From NCBI GenBank assembly GCA_965237955.1, contig OZ250169.1:2560001-2624000 (forward strand): a stretch of DNA of 64,000 bases, read 5' to 3'. How positions within the stretch are numbered: position 1 is the stretch's first letter; every line of letters begins with the position of its first letter. The notes under the pieces are model-generated. The model was given only the letters and a program-made list of their open reading frames with translations. It searched no databases and was not told the origin of the DNA. Positions 48,084 through 57,189 of this stretch are shown here, piece after piece. Made by a program: the position numbers and the translations under genes. This DNA is from Candidatus Marinacidobacterales bacterium. Its GTDB lineage: Bacteria > Acidobacteriota > Vicinamibacteria > Marinacidobacterales > SMYC01.

Positions 48084-49316
48084 ATGTTGATCATCGAGAA
48101 CGTCGGGGAGCTTTTTCTTCCCGCCGCCGCCGGGGCGCCGGTTCGGAACGATTGTGAGATTCGGTCGCTTCGTGGGGCTTACGTTTGTATCGAGGGCGGG
48201 ATCATCGTTGACTTGGGAGGGGGAAGCTCGCCTTCGGGCGGGAGTGACACCATCGATGCCGGTGGGGGGCTCGTCATTCCGGGGCTTATTGATTCTCATA
48301 CGCATCTCGTTTTCGCGGGGACGCGCGAGGACGAGTTTGCGATGCGCTGCGCGGGGAAAAGCTATCTCGAGATCGCGAAAGCGGGTGGGGGGATTCAACG
48401 AACGGTTGCTGCCGTCCGCGCGGCGAGTCTCGACGAGCTCGTGGAGCTCGCGCTCCCGCGGCTTGGCCGGATGCTGTCCTACGGCGTCACGACGGTGGAG
48501 GTGAAAAGCGGCTATGGGCTCAACGTTGACGACGAGATCAAGATGCTCGAGGCTGTTCGTAAGCTGTCCGAGCTCCAGCCGATCGAGCTAATAGGTACCT
48601 ATCTCGCGGCGCACACGCTACCGGCGGAGTATCGCGATCGGCGTGACGCCTACGTCGATCTCGTCGTGAGCGACGAGCTCATGGGGCGCGTCGCCGCCGA
48701 TGGACTCGCGGAGTTTTGCGACGTGTTCTGCGAGGATTCGGCATTCACCGTGGACGAGTCGCGTCGTGTTCTCGAAAAAGGCAAGGAGCGCGGCCTCGCT
48801 CCCAAGATTCACGCCGATCAGATCACACAGATGGGAGCGTCTCGTCTTGCCGCCGAGCTCGGTGCGGTGACCGCCGAGCATCTCGAGCACATCGACGCCG
48901 GCGGGATCGCCGCGCTCGAAGAGGCCTCAGTCATCGCCGGGCTCATTCCCGGCTGCTCGTTCTATCTCGGTGTGCCCCAGGCACCCGCCAGGAAGCTCAT
49001 CGAACACCGCATCCCCATAGCGGTCTCGACGGATTACAACCCGGGCTCGTCCGTCGTCGAGTCGCTGCCGCTCGTGCTCTCGATTGCGTGCACGCAAGCC
49101 AAGATGGCGCCATCGGAAGCACTCGTCGGCGCCACCGTGAATGCCGCGGCCGCTCTCGATCGCGGTGCGCGCCTCGGACGTATCGAGAAACGGATGCAAG
49201 CCGACCTCGTCGTGCTCGATGTTCCGAGCGTGGACCAGTGGCTCTATCAAGTCGGTCGTAACGCCGTCACGACCGTGATCAAGAACGGCCGCATAGTGCA
49301 CCAACGCGCGTCATGA
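48084..49316 (+). CDS. hutI: Imidazolonepropionase
   Basis: PGLIDSHTHLVF, GGGI, EVKSGYGL, DVFCE, KIHADQ, STDYNPGSS. Confidence 0.95.
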   Translation: MLIIENVGELFLPAAAGAPVRNDCEIRSLRGAYVCIEGGIIVDLGGGSSPSGGSDTIDAGGGLVIPGLIDSHTHLVFAGTREDEFAMRCAGKSYLEIAKAGGGIQRTVAAVRAASLDELVELALPRLGRMLSYGVTTVEVKSGYGLNVDDEIKMLEAVRKLSELQPIELIGTYLAAHTLPAEYRDRRDAYVDLVVSDELMGRVAADGLAEFCDVFCEDSAFTVDESRRVLEKGKERGLAPKIHADQITQMGASRLAAELGAVTAEHLEHIDAGGIAALEEASVIAGLIPGCSFYLGVPQAPARKLIEHRIPIAVSTDYNPGSSVVESLPLVLSIACTQAKMAPSEALVGATVNAAAALDRGARLGRIEKRMQADLVVLDVPSVDQWLYQVGRNAVTTVIKNGRIVHQRAS

Positions 49317-49417
49317 AGATCGTCGAGCCCGAGCTGCTGTGGTCGGAAGGTAGCTTCCAGCGAGGACTCCAGCTCGAGATCGGAGGTGATGGGACGATTG
49401 CGCGGGTGGGAGCGTCG
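49313..49417 (+). pseudogene. hutF: 5' remnant of a probable formimidoylglutamate deiminase (HutF-like amidohydrolase)
   Basis: ATGA overlap with the hutI stop; MKIVEPELLWSEGSFQRGLQLEIGGDGTIARVG resembles an amidohydrolase N-terminal beta region and runs into a 7-mer repeat. The HutF call rests on resemblance plus operon position. Confidence 0.6.
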
Positions 49418-49444
49418 CTGGATCCTGAATGCTGGATGCTGATT
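49417..49444. repeat. Single arm of a 7-mer (GCTGGAT) repeat
   Basis: GCTGGAT CCTGAAT GCTGGAT GCTGATT abutting the stop of the convergent gene; no partner arm. Confidence 0.65.
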
Positions 49445-50780
49445 AAAACGCATACTCAAACCCGATCAACGGCGTAATCTTATCCCGCAAGCCATTGTCA
49501 TCGAGATTGAACAAGATGTTCATGTCGATGAGAAGGCTCTCGACGACGTTGAGCTTGAAGCCGACAGCGCCGCTCAGCAAGTTGTAGCTCTCGTTCTCGA
49601 ACCTGACCGTGGGAAACGTGACGGCAGAGGTTCGCATCCCGGAATTGAAATCACGTGCCTGAAACTCCGTCTTGACGAGGCGTGGCGCGTCGAGCAGATA
49701 GTTCCCGAGGATGTCGATCACGAAGGTGAACCGCTCACTGACGCCGAAGTCGGCGCCGATGACGTACGTCGCCTGATCGGGCAAATCGGCGGACTCTCCC
49801 GTCGCCGGATTGCCGGCAAGGACGCTCGAGCCGTTCCAGAGATACCCGACGTTGATGTGCGGTGAGAACGCGCGTGATGACCTGGATAAGATCAAGAACG
49901 GGCGATTTCCAGGAGCGCCGACACCAAGCAGGTTTTTCTCGTCGCCCGTCGGCATCCGGATGTCCAGACCGAAAGCGGAGCCTGAGCTCATGCGCCCTTT
50001 GAGGCGTATCGTCAGATCGCCGATACCGCTCGCGCTTCCGGACGCCGTGAACGAGCGCTGGTTTCCGATAGTGTCACCTTGCTGCCGGTAGAAGTGGACT
50101 ATTTCATTGCTGGCGGTACCGAGGCGCTGCACCGTGGCGGTGGAGACGACCGTCAAGTCCGTGCTCACGATCGGAATAGCCAGCGACAGGTCGACTCTGT
50201 CGGTGAGCCCGTAGCTGACGAACGTCGTGAACTGGTTGACTCGAGCGGTGATGGCATTGGAGGTCGTGACGACGTCGATACGGCCTCCAGCCCTGAACGC
50301 GCTGTCGTGCTCGAACACTGACGGCACGCTGCTCAAGTCGAGCCCTTCGATCGTGTCGAAGGTGAAGTTCTGGAACGTGAACCCAAAGCTGAAGCGGCTG
50401 CCACCGATGGTTTCGGCACGTTCGGCCAGGATAGGACCGAAGCTCTGACTCGAGCGTTGAAAGACGCCGAGCTCCGAATCGAACTCGTACGTGAAGCCCG
50501 ACGCCGGAGACGGCAGGGGGACGGAGGCCAGTTGACTCGTCAGCGCGACGCCAAACTGGGTGAACTGCGACTGGAAGTCGCTGTTGTAGTGCGCCGAGTG
50601 GGTTCCGCCGCCCGGGAGCTCCGCGAGGCTATCCACGATCAGACCGCCGGGCCCATAGAGTTGGGTGAAAATCGTCGACAGCTCGTCGACGGGGATGGCG
50701 ACATTGAAGGGCTCTTGCGCAGAGACCAAGCGCGACGACAGGAGCAGCGCAAGTCCGAGTAGCGATGTTCGCTTTAGCAT
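49443..50780 (-). CDS. Secreted, probable outer-membrane beta-barrel protein (MetA-pathway/SphA-like)
   Basis: Signal peptide; GPILAERAETIG, YGLTDRVDLSLAIP, SGIGD, MPTGD; C-terminal FEYAF. Confidence 0.7.
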   Translation of the reverse strand: MLKRTSLLGLALLLSSRLVSAQEPFNVAIPVDELSTIFTQLYGPGGLIVDSLAELPGGGTHSAHYNSDFQSQFTQFGVALTSQLASVPLPSPASGFTYEFDSELGVFQRSSQSFGPILAERAETIGGSRFSFGFTFQNFTFDTIEGLDLSSVPSVFEHDSAFRAGGRIDVVTTSNAITARVNQFTTFVSYGLTDRVDLSLAIPIVSTDLTVVSTATVQRLGTASNEIVHFYRQQGDTIGNQRSFTASGSASGIGDLTIRLKGRMSSGSAFGLDIRMPTGDEKNLLGVGAPGNRPFLILSRSSRAFSPHINVGYLWNGSSVLAGNPATGESADLPDQATYVIGADFGVSERFTFVIDILGNYLLDAPRLVKTEFQARDFNSGMRTSAVTFPTVRFENESYNLLSGAVGFKLNVVESLLIDMNILFNLDDNGLRDKITPLIGFEYAF

Positions 50781-52281
50781 GGAAGGCACCTCAGTGTAGT
50801 TCTGGAAACGGGCTAATGGATATCGGTGATGACCCAACTACCATTGGATTTTTGAAGAACAAAACTCTGCTGACGACTGTTCCCGTTTTGGGAGCGGCCG
50901 CGGATGACGATGACATCTCTTCGGATGACGGCGACCGTCGCGGTGTCACCTTCGATGGTGACCTTTTGAACGTCGAGCTCGACGTCGTGCGAATCTATGT
51001 CCGCGAACGAGTTCGTCAGCCGTTTCGCTTCGTCGCGCGTCAAGTTGGGCTTCGCTTGGCGGAAGAGATCGAGGTTCTCAGACTCGAGCGCTCGCTCATA
51101 CGTCGCGAGCGTTTGACGGATAGCAGTCTCGTCTTGAGCTCGACTCGGCGCCGAGCTCGTCACCGAAGCTGAGCTCGTAGAGGGCACGCTCGTGGGCGCC
51201 GGTGGTGGCGCCACGGCCGCGCGGCGCGACTGAGCTTCGGCGTACTCTTGCCGCGCCGTCTCGAGATACGACGTGGCCGTCTCGTAGGCTCTCGCCGCCC
51301 CGGCGAGATCGCCCGAGCGCTCGAGAGCTTTGGCCGATGCTTCCTCCGACATCGCTCTTTGATACGAAGGCCGGGAAGCGACACCCGTATCGGCCGGCTG
51401 ATTGCGCAGACGGGTCCATTGACTCTGAGCTTGCTCGAAGGCAGCCCGCGCACTGGCCTGCGATGCCGCCTGGCGCTCCACTTGGGCGAGCCTTTGGCCT
51501 TCGGCCTGGCGGTGCGCGGCGACGGATTGTGTGAACTGGTCGCGCGCGGCGAGATACTTCTGCGCCGCGTTCGTGTACTCGCCGCGGTTGAAATCCGCGC
51601 TGGCTTCCTGGCGCCTGAGATCGGCTTGGCGGAACTCGGCGCGAGCGCCCTCGGCCTGGCTCTGGAAATGCTGGTTCAGTTGATCGTTGAGCTCCGCTCC
51701 CAACGGGTGCGACGGATCGAGAGCCAACACCTGCCCGAGTGCTTCCGCCGCTTCTGCGGTCGCTCCTCGCGCGAGGGCCGCACGGGCCTGGGTCACGGCC
51801 GCGTCGATTTCGTCGAGCGCTTGGCGCGCCTCGCTCTGGACCTGGAGCGCTTCCGCGTTTTGCGGATCGTTGGCGAGGATGGTGTCGGCTTGGCTCAGCG
51901 CAGCGCTGTAGTCGCGCTGGCTGAGGCTGGTCAGCATGAGCTCTTGTTGGCTCGCGCTCAGCTGTTGGCTCAGCTCTTCGACGCTCGGGCCTTCTCGCCC
52001 GGGGCCACCCGAAAGGTAGAACAATCCACCCGCGATCGCGGCGACGAGAACGGCGCCGCCGACGTAGAGGCCGATGGGCCGCGACGGCGTGATCGGACCC
52101 ACCGAATGGGACGTCATCTCGCGCTGGCGCATCGTCCCGCCCCGGCTCCCGGACGCCGAAGCTCCGGTCCCGGCGCGCGCGGGAACACTCCGCGCCGAGC
52201 GCGCCGGAGCGGAAGTGTTTCGGTTCAGCTGGAACATGACAGTCCTGAAGTTAAAATACGCACATGGAAAAAGGAGCTGTC

Positions 52282-53554
52282 ATGAGCAAAGGTCGTCGTC
52301 GTCACACTGCGGAGCAAAAGGCAGAGCTGTTGCGCCAGCACGTTGCCGAGAAAAAGCCGGTCTCGGAGGTATGCAACGAGGCAGAAATCCAGCCGAGCCT
52401 GTTCTACACATGGCAAAGGGAGCTATTGGCTGGAGCCCATACGGTGTTTTCGTTCCGTCGTGCGCCGAGCCGTGAGAAGGAGCTAGAGGAGAAGCTCTCC
52501 CGTCTCGAGGCGAAGGTGGCCCGTAAGGATCAGATCATCGCTGAGGTGACCGAAGAGTACGTGACACTCAAAAAAAACTTGGGGAAGCCTGAGTGGTGCC
52601 TGGATTCCCCATGACCGTCGTGACGAGGTTGTCGACTTCGTGAACACAATCGCCACCAAGACCCAGCTTCCGGTCCAGCAGATCGTTCAGTGGTGCGGGA
52701 TCGCTCGGGGCAAGTTCTACGACTGGCGCAAGCGGTACGGGAAGGTGAATGAGCACAACGGCCTGGTGCTGCGGGATCACTGGATCGAAGAATGGGAGCG
52801 CCAGTCCGTGATCGACTACTTCGACTGCCACCCACTGGACGGGTATCGCCGACTCACGTTCATGATGCTGGACGAAGACGTGGTGGCAGTTAGCCCCTCG
52901 ACGACGTACCGGGTGTTGTCGAAGGCGGGTCGTCTGGACCGTTGGAACCCGAAGCCGTCGAAGAAGGGAACGGGCTTCGTTCAGCCGCTGCGAGCGCACC
53001 AGCACTGGCACACGGATATCTCGTACTTGAACCTGGGTGGGACGTTCTACTACCTCTGCTCGTTTCTGGATGGTGCGAGCCGCGCGGTGGTTCACTGGGA
53101 GATTCGTGAGTCGATGACGGAAGCGGATGTGGAGTGCATCTTGGAGCGAGCAAAGGAGCGGTACCCCGATGCGCGGCCTCGAATCATCTCGGACAACGGT
53201 CCGCAGTACATCGCGAAGGACTTCAAGGCATTCATCCGCATCTCAGGGATGACGCACGTGAGGACCGCGCCGTACTACCCGCAATCGAACGGGAAGATCG
53301 AGCGTTGGCACAAGACGATAAAATCGGACGCCCTGCGTCCTGCCAGCCCCACGAGCCTCGAAGAGGCTCGCCGCTTGATGGAACGATTCGTCGAATATTA
53401 CAACGGGGTTCGCCTGCACAGCGCGATCGGCTACATTGCGCCGCTGGACTTCATGGATGGCAAGGCCACCCAGATCTGGTCGGAGCGAGACCGCAAACTC
53501 GAGCAGGCTCGGAAGCTGCGGCGTGAGCGCCGTGCGAACAAGGTGCCCGCATGA
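52282..53554 (+). CDS. IS3-family transposase OrfAB (programmed -1 frameshift)
   Basis: OrfA HTH (RRRHTAEQKAELL); A8C slippery site at 52570-52578 followed by hairpin GGGGAAGCC..GGATTCCCC; OrfB DDE motifs WHTDISY, SDNGPQY, NGKIERW. Confidence 0.92.
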
Positions 53555-53606
53555 ACACTCTGATCCCAGGAGCCCCACTCCGTTCCCTCTCGCCCACAAG
53601 CATTGA

Positions 53607-53712
53607 GTACCAGAGAGCGCAGGGGGCGTCAAGGGCGGCGAAGCCGGCGCGCGCAGCGCGCTTTACCGCGCGCAGCGCGCTTTACCCTTGACGCCCCCGA
53701 GCACTCTGGTAC
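53607..53712. repeat. Long palindrome with a 19-bp tandem duplication in the IS 3' region
   Basis: GTACCAGAG..GGGGGCGTCAAGGG / CCCTTGACGCCCCC..CTCTGGTAC; CGCGCGCAGCGCGCTTTAC at 53648-53666 and 53667-53685. Confidence 0.85.
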
Positions 53713-54910
53713 GATCCCTGGGGCGATAGGGGACATCCTGCCGCCGGGCGTTGCGTTAACGTCCAACCTCGCTGTCATCTTCACGCTGAACCAATACAGA
53801 AGGACCCGACGGATGCGAGCCAGGCTCAGGCGCGGGGGTGAGGATGGTGGCGTCGAGCTTTCCGATGCCGGTCAAGGTCGTGTCCGCGCCCGCGCCGGCA
53901 GTCGCCTCTTTGCGAATCGCACGAAGATGCTCGCGGAGGGCGTTGCCGTCCGCGAAGCGTCCATCGGGATTCGGGTCGAGAGCACGATCGACCATGGCGA
54001 CGATAGGCGACGGCAGATGCGTGTATTGAGACAGTGGCTCCCGCTCGCCCTGAACGACTTTGAACATCGTTGCGTGCATCGACTCGGCGCTGAAGGGTTT
54101 CTTTCTCGTGAGCAGCTCGTAGAAAACAGCGCCGAGCGAAAAGATGTCGGAGCGCGGATCGACTTTCTCGCCCTGGACCTGCTCGGGCGACATGTAGTTG
54201 GGCGTCCCCATGATGTGCCCGGTCTTCGTCATGTCGGATGACTCTTCGCGGACGAGCCCGAAGTCCAGAATCTTGATCTGACCTTTCTTCGTGACGTGGA
54301 GGTTGGCGGGCTTGAGGTCACGATGTACCATGCCGGCCTCATGGGCAAAGCCGAGACCGTCAGCGATCTGCTCCATGTAGGTGAGAATCTGATCGACGGT
54401 GAGGGCCGAGCCACTCTTGATGACCTCCTTGAGGTCCTGGCCGTCGAGAAGCTCCATCACGATGTAGAGGTTGCCCTCTTCTTCGACGAAGTCGTAAATC
54501 GTGATGATGTTGGGGTGGTTGAGCTGCGCCGCCATCCTCGCTTCGCGGCGGAACCGCTCGACCAGATCCGCATCGGTGTCGAGGCTCTCGGCGATGACTT
54601 TGATCGCCACATAGCGGTTGAGGACCGGATCGTGGCCTTTGTAGACCTCTCCCATCGCGCCCTTGCTGAGCTTGCCGACGATATTGTATTTCCCTAATTT
54701 CTCGGGCTGCTTCGCCATGGGGGCGCCCCTTCGCCGCGGATGACGGCCACACCAGGAACAGACAAAAATCTTAAGGTGTTTCGACCGTTGATTGAACAGT
54801 CTAGCATGCGTTTTCGTAAGCGAACAACCTCACATCGCGGCTGGGCGTTGACCACAGGGGCAGGGGAACATTCGCCCGAGGGCGCGCCCCGAAGTTGTTA
54901 TCCTGTTCCC

Positions 54911-55825
54911 ATGGCGACAGCGTGCCCCTCGTGCACTCGTCCGAACGGCGACAACGCAACGAAGTGCCTCTATTGTTCCGAACCGCTCCCCCCGGCGCCG
55001 CCTCCGGCAGCCGAGGTGGATGAGAGCTCCAACCTCGCCCCTTTGCCGGTGTCCGAGGTCGATTGGCATCTGATCATCCTCATACCGAGCGGCCCTCCCG
55101 ACGATGGAATGGTCGAAAGTCTTGCCGATGTTGCGGGCGTGTCTCGCTACGACGCTCGGCTGAGCTTGACGTCGGTGAGACCCCGCGTCTTGCGCCGCAT
55201 GGAAGGCGATCTGTTCGCGCGTGGTCTTTCGGAGCAGCTCAAAGCGTCGCGCATTCCGCACTATGTCGTTTCCGAGCAATCGATCCTTACACTCCTAGTA
55301 TCCCAAGCGCAGAGGGCAGAGCTCAAACAGCGCGAGCTCGAAGTGAGCTTGGAGGGAAGAACTCTGTCGATTCCGTACGAGGACATCTTGCTCTTCGTCC
55401 GCGGTGAGATCACGCGTGAGAATCACAATGAGAGAAAGCTTGCTACCGCCAAGGGAGCCAACCGGAGCCTTTCTCCGGGCCTTCTCCTTCATCTTTATGA
55501 TACGGAGGCGTCGGTGGCGGTGGAAATCGACCCCGAGAGTTTCACCTGGCCGAATTTCGGCCACGAGCCGACGCGCTCGGCCCTCCTGAACCTCGAGCAC
55601 TTTCTCGACGCCGTCGAAGACAAGTCACCGGGCGTCGTCGTCGATCGGGGATTCGATCTCGAGACTCCGGTCTTGTCGCGGGCCGGCGACGGTTCTGACT
55701 TCGCTCAGATCCTCTCGGGCCGCGGTGCCCCCGGCGGGGTGCTCTTCGACAACGAAGACCAGTTCCGGTTCTACGCGCGCTGGCGCTACCGCCTGGAGTG
55801 GCATCTGAGGCAAGCCTCCTGCTGA
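54911..55825 (+). CDS. Hypothetical protein with N-terminal zinc ribbon
   Basis: CPSC...CLYC; preceded by extended -10 TGTTATCCT 6 nt upstream (probably leaderless). Confidence 0.75.
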   Translation: MATACPSCTRPNGDNATKCLYCSEPLPPAPPPAAEVDESSNLAPLPVSEVDWHLIILIPSGPPDDGMVESLADVAGVSRYDARLSLTSVRPRVLRRMEGDLFARGLSEQLKASRIPHYVVSEQSILTLLVSQAQRAELKQRELEVSLEGRTLSIPYEDILLFVRGEITRENHNERKLATAKGANRSLSPGLLLHLYDTEASVAVEIDPESFTWPNFGHEPTRSALLNLEHFLDAVEDKSPGVVVDRGFDLETPVLSRAGDGSDFAQILSGRGAPGGVLFDNEDQFRFYARWRYRLEWHLRQASC

Positions 55826-55969
55826 AGCAAGTAAGAGTTACACGAGCGCGTAATTTCTGCCTCGCCAGCGTATTCTCAAAGCCGCAGTCCAACTCGTCAA
55901 GGTGTTGATATGAATCGAATTGCAGCGATTTTCCGTAGATGGCAGCCGTCTTGCTATTACAGTCCTTCG

Positions 55970-56349
55970 ATGAGACGACTGGTTTGGGGACTTCTCACGA
56001 TTCACCTGTTCTCGGTCGGCCCGGCGTTTTCACAAGCTGAGGGCAACGGCGAGAACCTGCCCCGTTTTCGTTTCAATACCTCGGTCGACGCCGTCCACCT
56101 CAGCGTCTCGGTCGTCACCAAGAAAGGCAAGCTCGTCACCGACCTCGAGCAGAGCGATTTTTGGGTGCTCGAGAACGACGTGATCCAGGACAAGCGGAAG
56201 CGGTACGCGACTATCTCTACCAGGCTCACGGCATTCCGCTCCATCGGGTCGCGGTGTATAGCTTTGGTGAAGAGCAGCCGGTGGCGGACAACACGTCCCG
56301 CGAGGGTCGTGCACGAAACCGCCGCGTGGTGGTGAAAGTATTGGAATAG
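55970..56349 (+). pseudogene. Deletion chimera: VWA-type protein N-terminus joined out of frame to an OmpA-like C-terminus
   Basis: Signal peptide + FNTSVDAVHLSVSVVTKKGKLVTDLEQSDFWVLENDVIQ, then from ~56192 AEAVRDYL...GIPLHRV..SFGEEQPVADN..EGRARNRRV. Confidence 0.85.
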
Positions 56350-56382
56350 AAGAGACTCCCCAGCTCGGCAACGGGCTAGTGG

Positions 56383-56434
56383 AGCCCGGCAGACCCCTAT
56401 TCCGGCGCGCGGGGGTCTGCCGGGTTAGTTTTTT
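56383..56434 (+). terminator. Intrinsic terminator
   Basis: CCCGGCAGACCCC / GGGGTCTGCCGGG 13-bp stem followed by TTAGTTTTTT. Confidence 0.75.
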
Positions 56435-56476
56435 CCAGCATCCAGCATCCAGCCTTGTGCTGATGGCCGATGGCCG
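56435..56476. repeat. Short 7-mer repeat cluster
   Basis: CCAGCAT CCAGCAT CCAGCCT then GCTGATG GCCGATG GCCG. Confidence 0.6.
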
Positions 56477-56553
56477 CCGAGCGAGGGCTTACCGTCCCAC
56501 CCCGCCCTCGCTTCCCGCTACAATGGAATAAATCACCGGTTCCCCGGTAACTC

Positions 56554-57189
56554 TTGCAAGGAGGAAAAGGCTTGGGCAGTCCAGCCCGTGCCCGGAATTG
56601 GGAAAGCTCGAGCGAGGCCGATCGAGACCTCGTCGTGCGCGCGCGAGCGGGTGACGAGGGTGCGTTTGCCGAGATCGTGCGCGGATACCAGCGACGGGTG
56701 TACGGTGTTGCGATGAGGATGACGCGACGGCACGAGGTGGCTGATGATATCGCTCAGGATACGTTCATACGGGCCTACCGCAGTCTGGCTCGATTCGAAT
56801 TGGGACGTCCTCTGGGGCCGTGGCTCGTAAAAATCGCCGTGAATCTCTCGATTAACTACCTGAACGGTGCCGCGCGTCGCGAGCAATCGCTCTACAGCGA
56901 GGACACTCCGGACGGCCCGGTGAGCCCGGCGGCGAGCCCGGACCCGAGCCGGGAGCCTCTGGAGTCGAACCCGATGCGGCGGTTGCTGTCCAGCGAGTTC
57001 GCATGTGCGCTCTCGGGCGCGCTCGATAAGCTCAGCCCGGAGCATCGCGCGGTGTTCTTGTTGAAAGTCGACGAGGGGCTCCGGTATGACGAAATCGCGG
57101 AGACGCTCGGCATCTCTCGCGGTACGGTCATGTCGCGGCTGTTCCGCGCCCGGGCGCGTTTGAAGACCTTGCTCGAGGTTTACCGATGA
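56554..57189 (+). CDS. ECF sigma factor
   Basis: GDEGAFAEIV, ADDIAQDTFIRAY, WLVKIAVN, YDEIAETLGISRGTVMSRLFRAR; exact start uncertain. Confidence 0.92.
   Translation: MQGGKGLGSPARARNWESSSEADRDLVVRARAGDEGAFAEIVRGYQRRVYGVAMRMTRRHEVADDIAQDTFIRAYRSLARFELGRPLGPWLVKIAVNLSINYLNGAARREQSLYSEDTPDGPVSPAASPDPSREPLESNPMRRLLSSEFACALSGALDKLSPEHRAVFLLKVDEGLRYDEIAETLGISRGTVMSRLFRARARLKTLLEVYR

Larger units (their letters stand above)
52216..53798 (+). mobile_element. IS3-family insertion sequence, 1583 bp
   Basis: IRL TGTTTCGGTTCAGCTGGAACATGACAG, IRR CTGTCATCTTCACGCTGAACCAATACA; GAAG target duplication at 52212-52215 and 53799-53802. Confidence 0.95.
50813..54718 (-). pseudogene. Ser/Thr protein kinase (kinase-TM-TPR-NTF2-like) interrupted by an IS3-family element
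   Basis: [32 protein letters not shown]. Removing the IS and one GAAG gives in-frame ...HPSGPSAPARS... and a 772-aa ORF. Confidence 0.92.

Noticed and set aside
51590-51660. Possible in-frame deletion in the kinase C-terminal half (QAEGARAEFRQAD)
   Set aside because: Low-complexity helical region; it cannot be supported without a homologue alignment.
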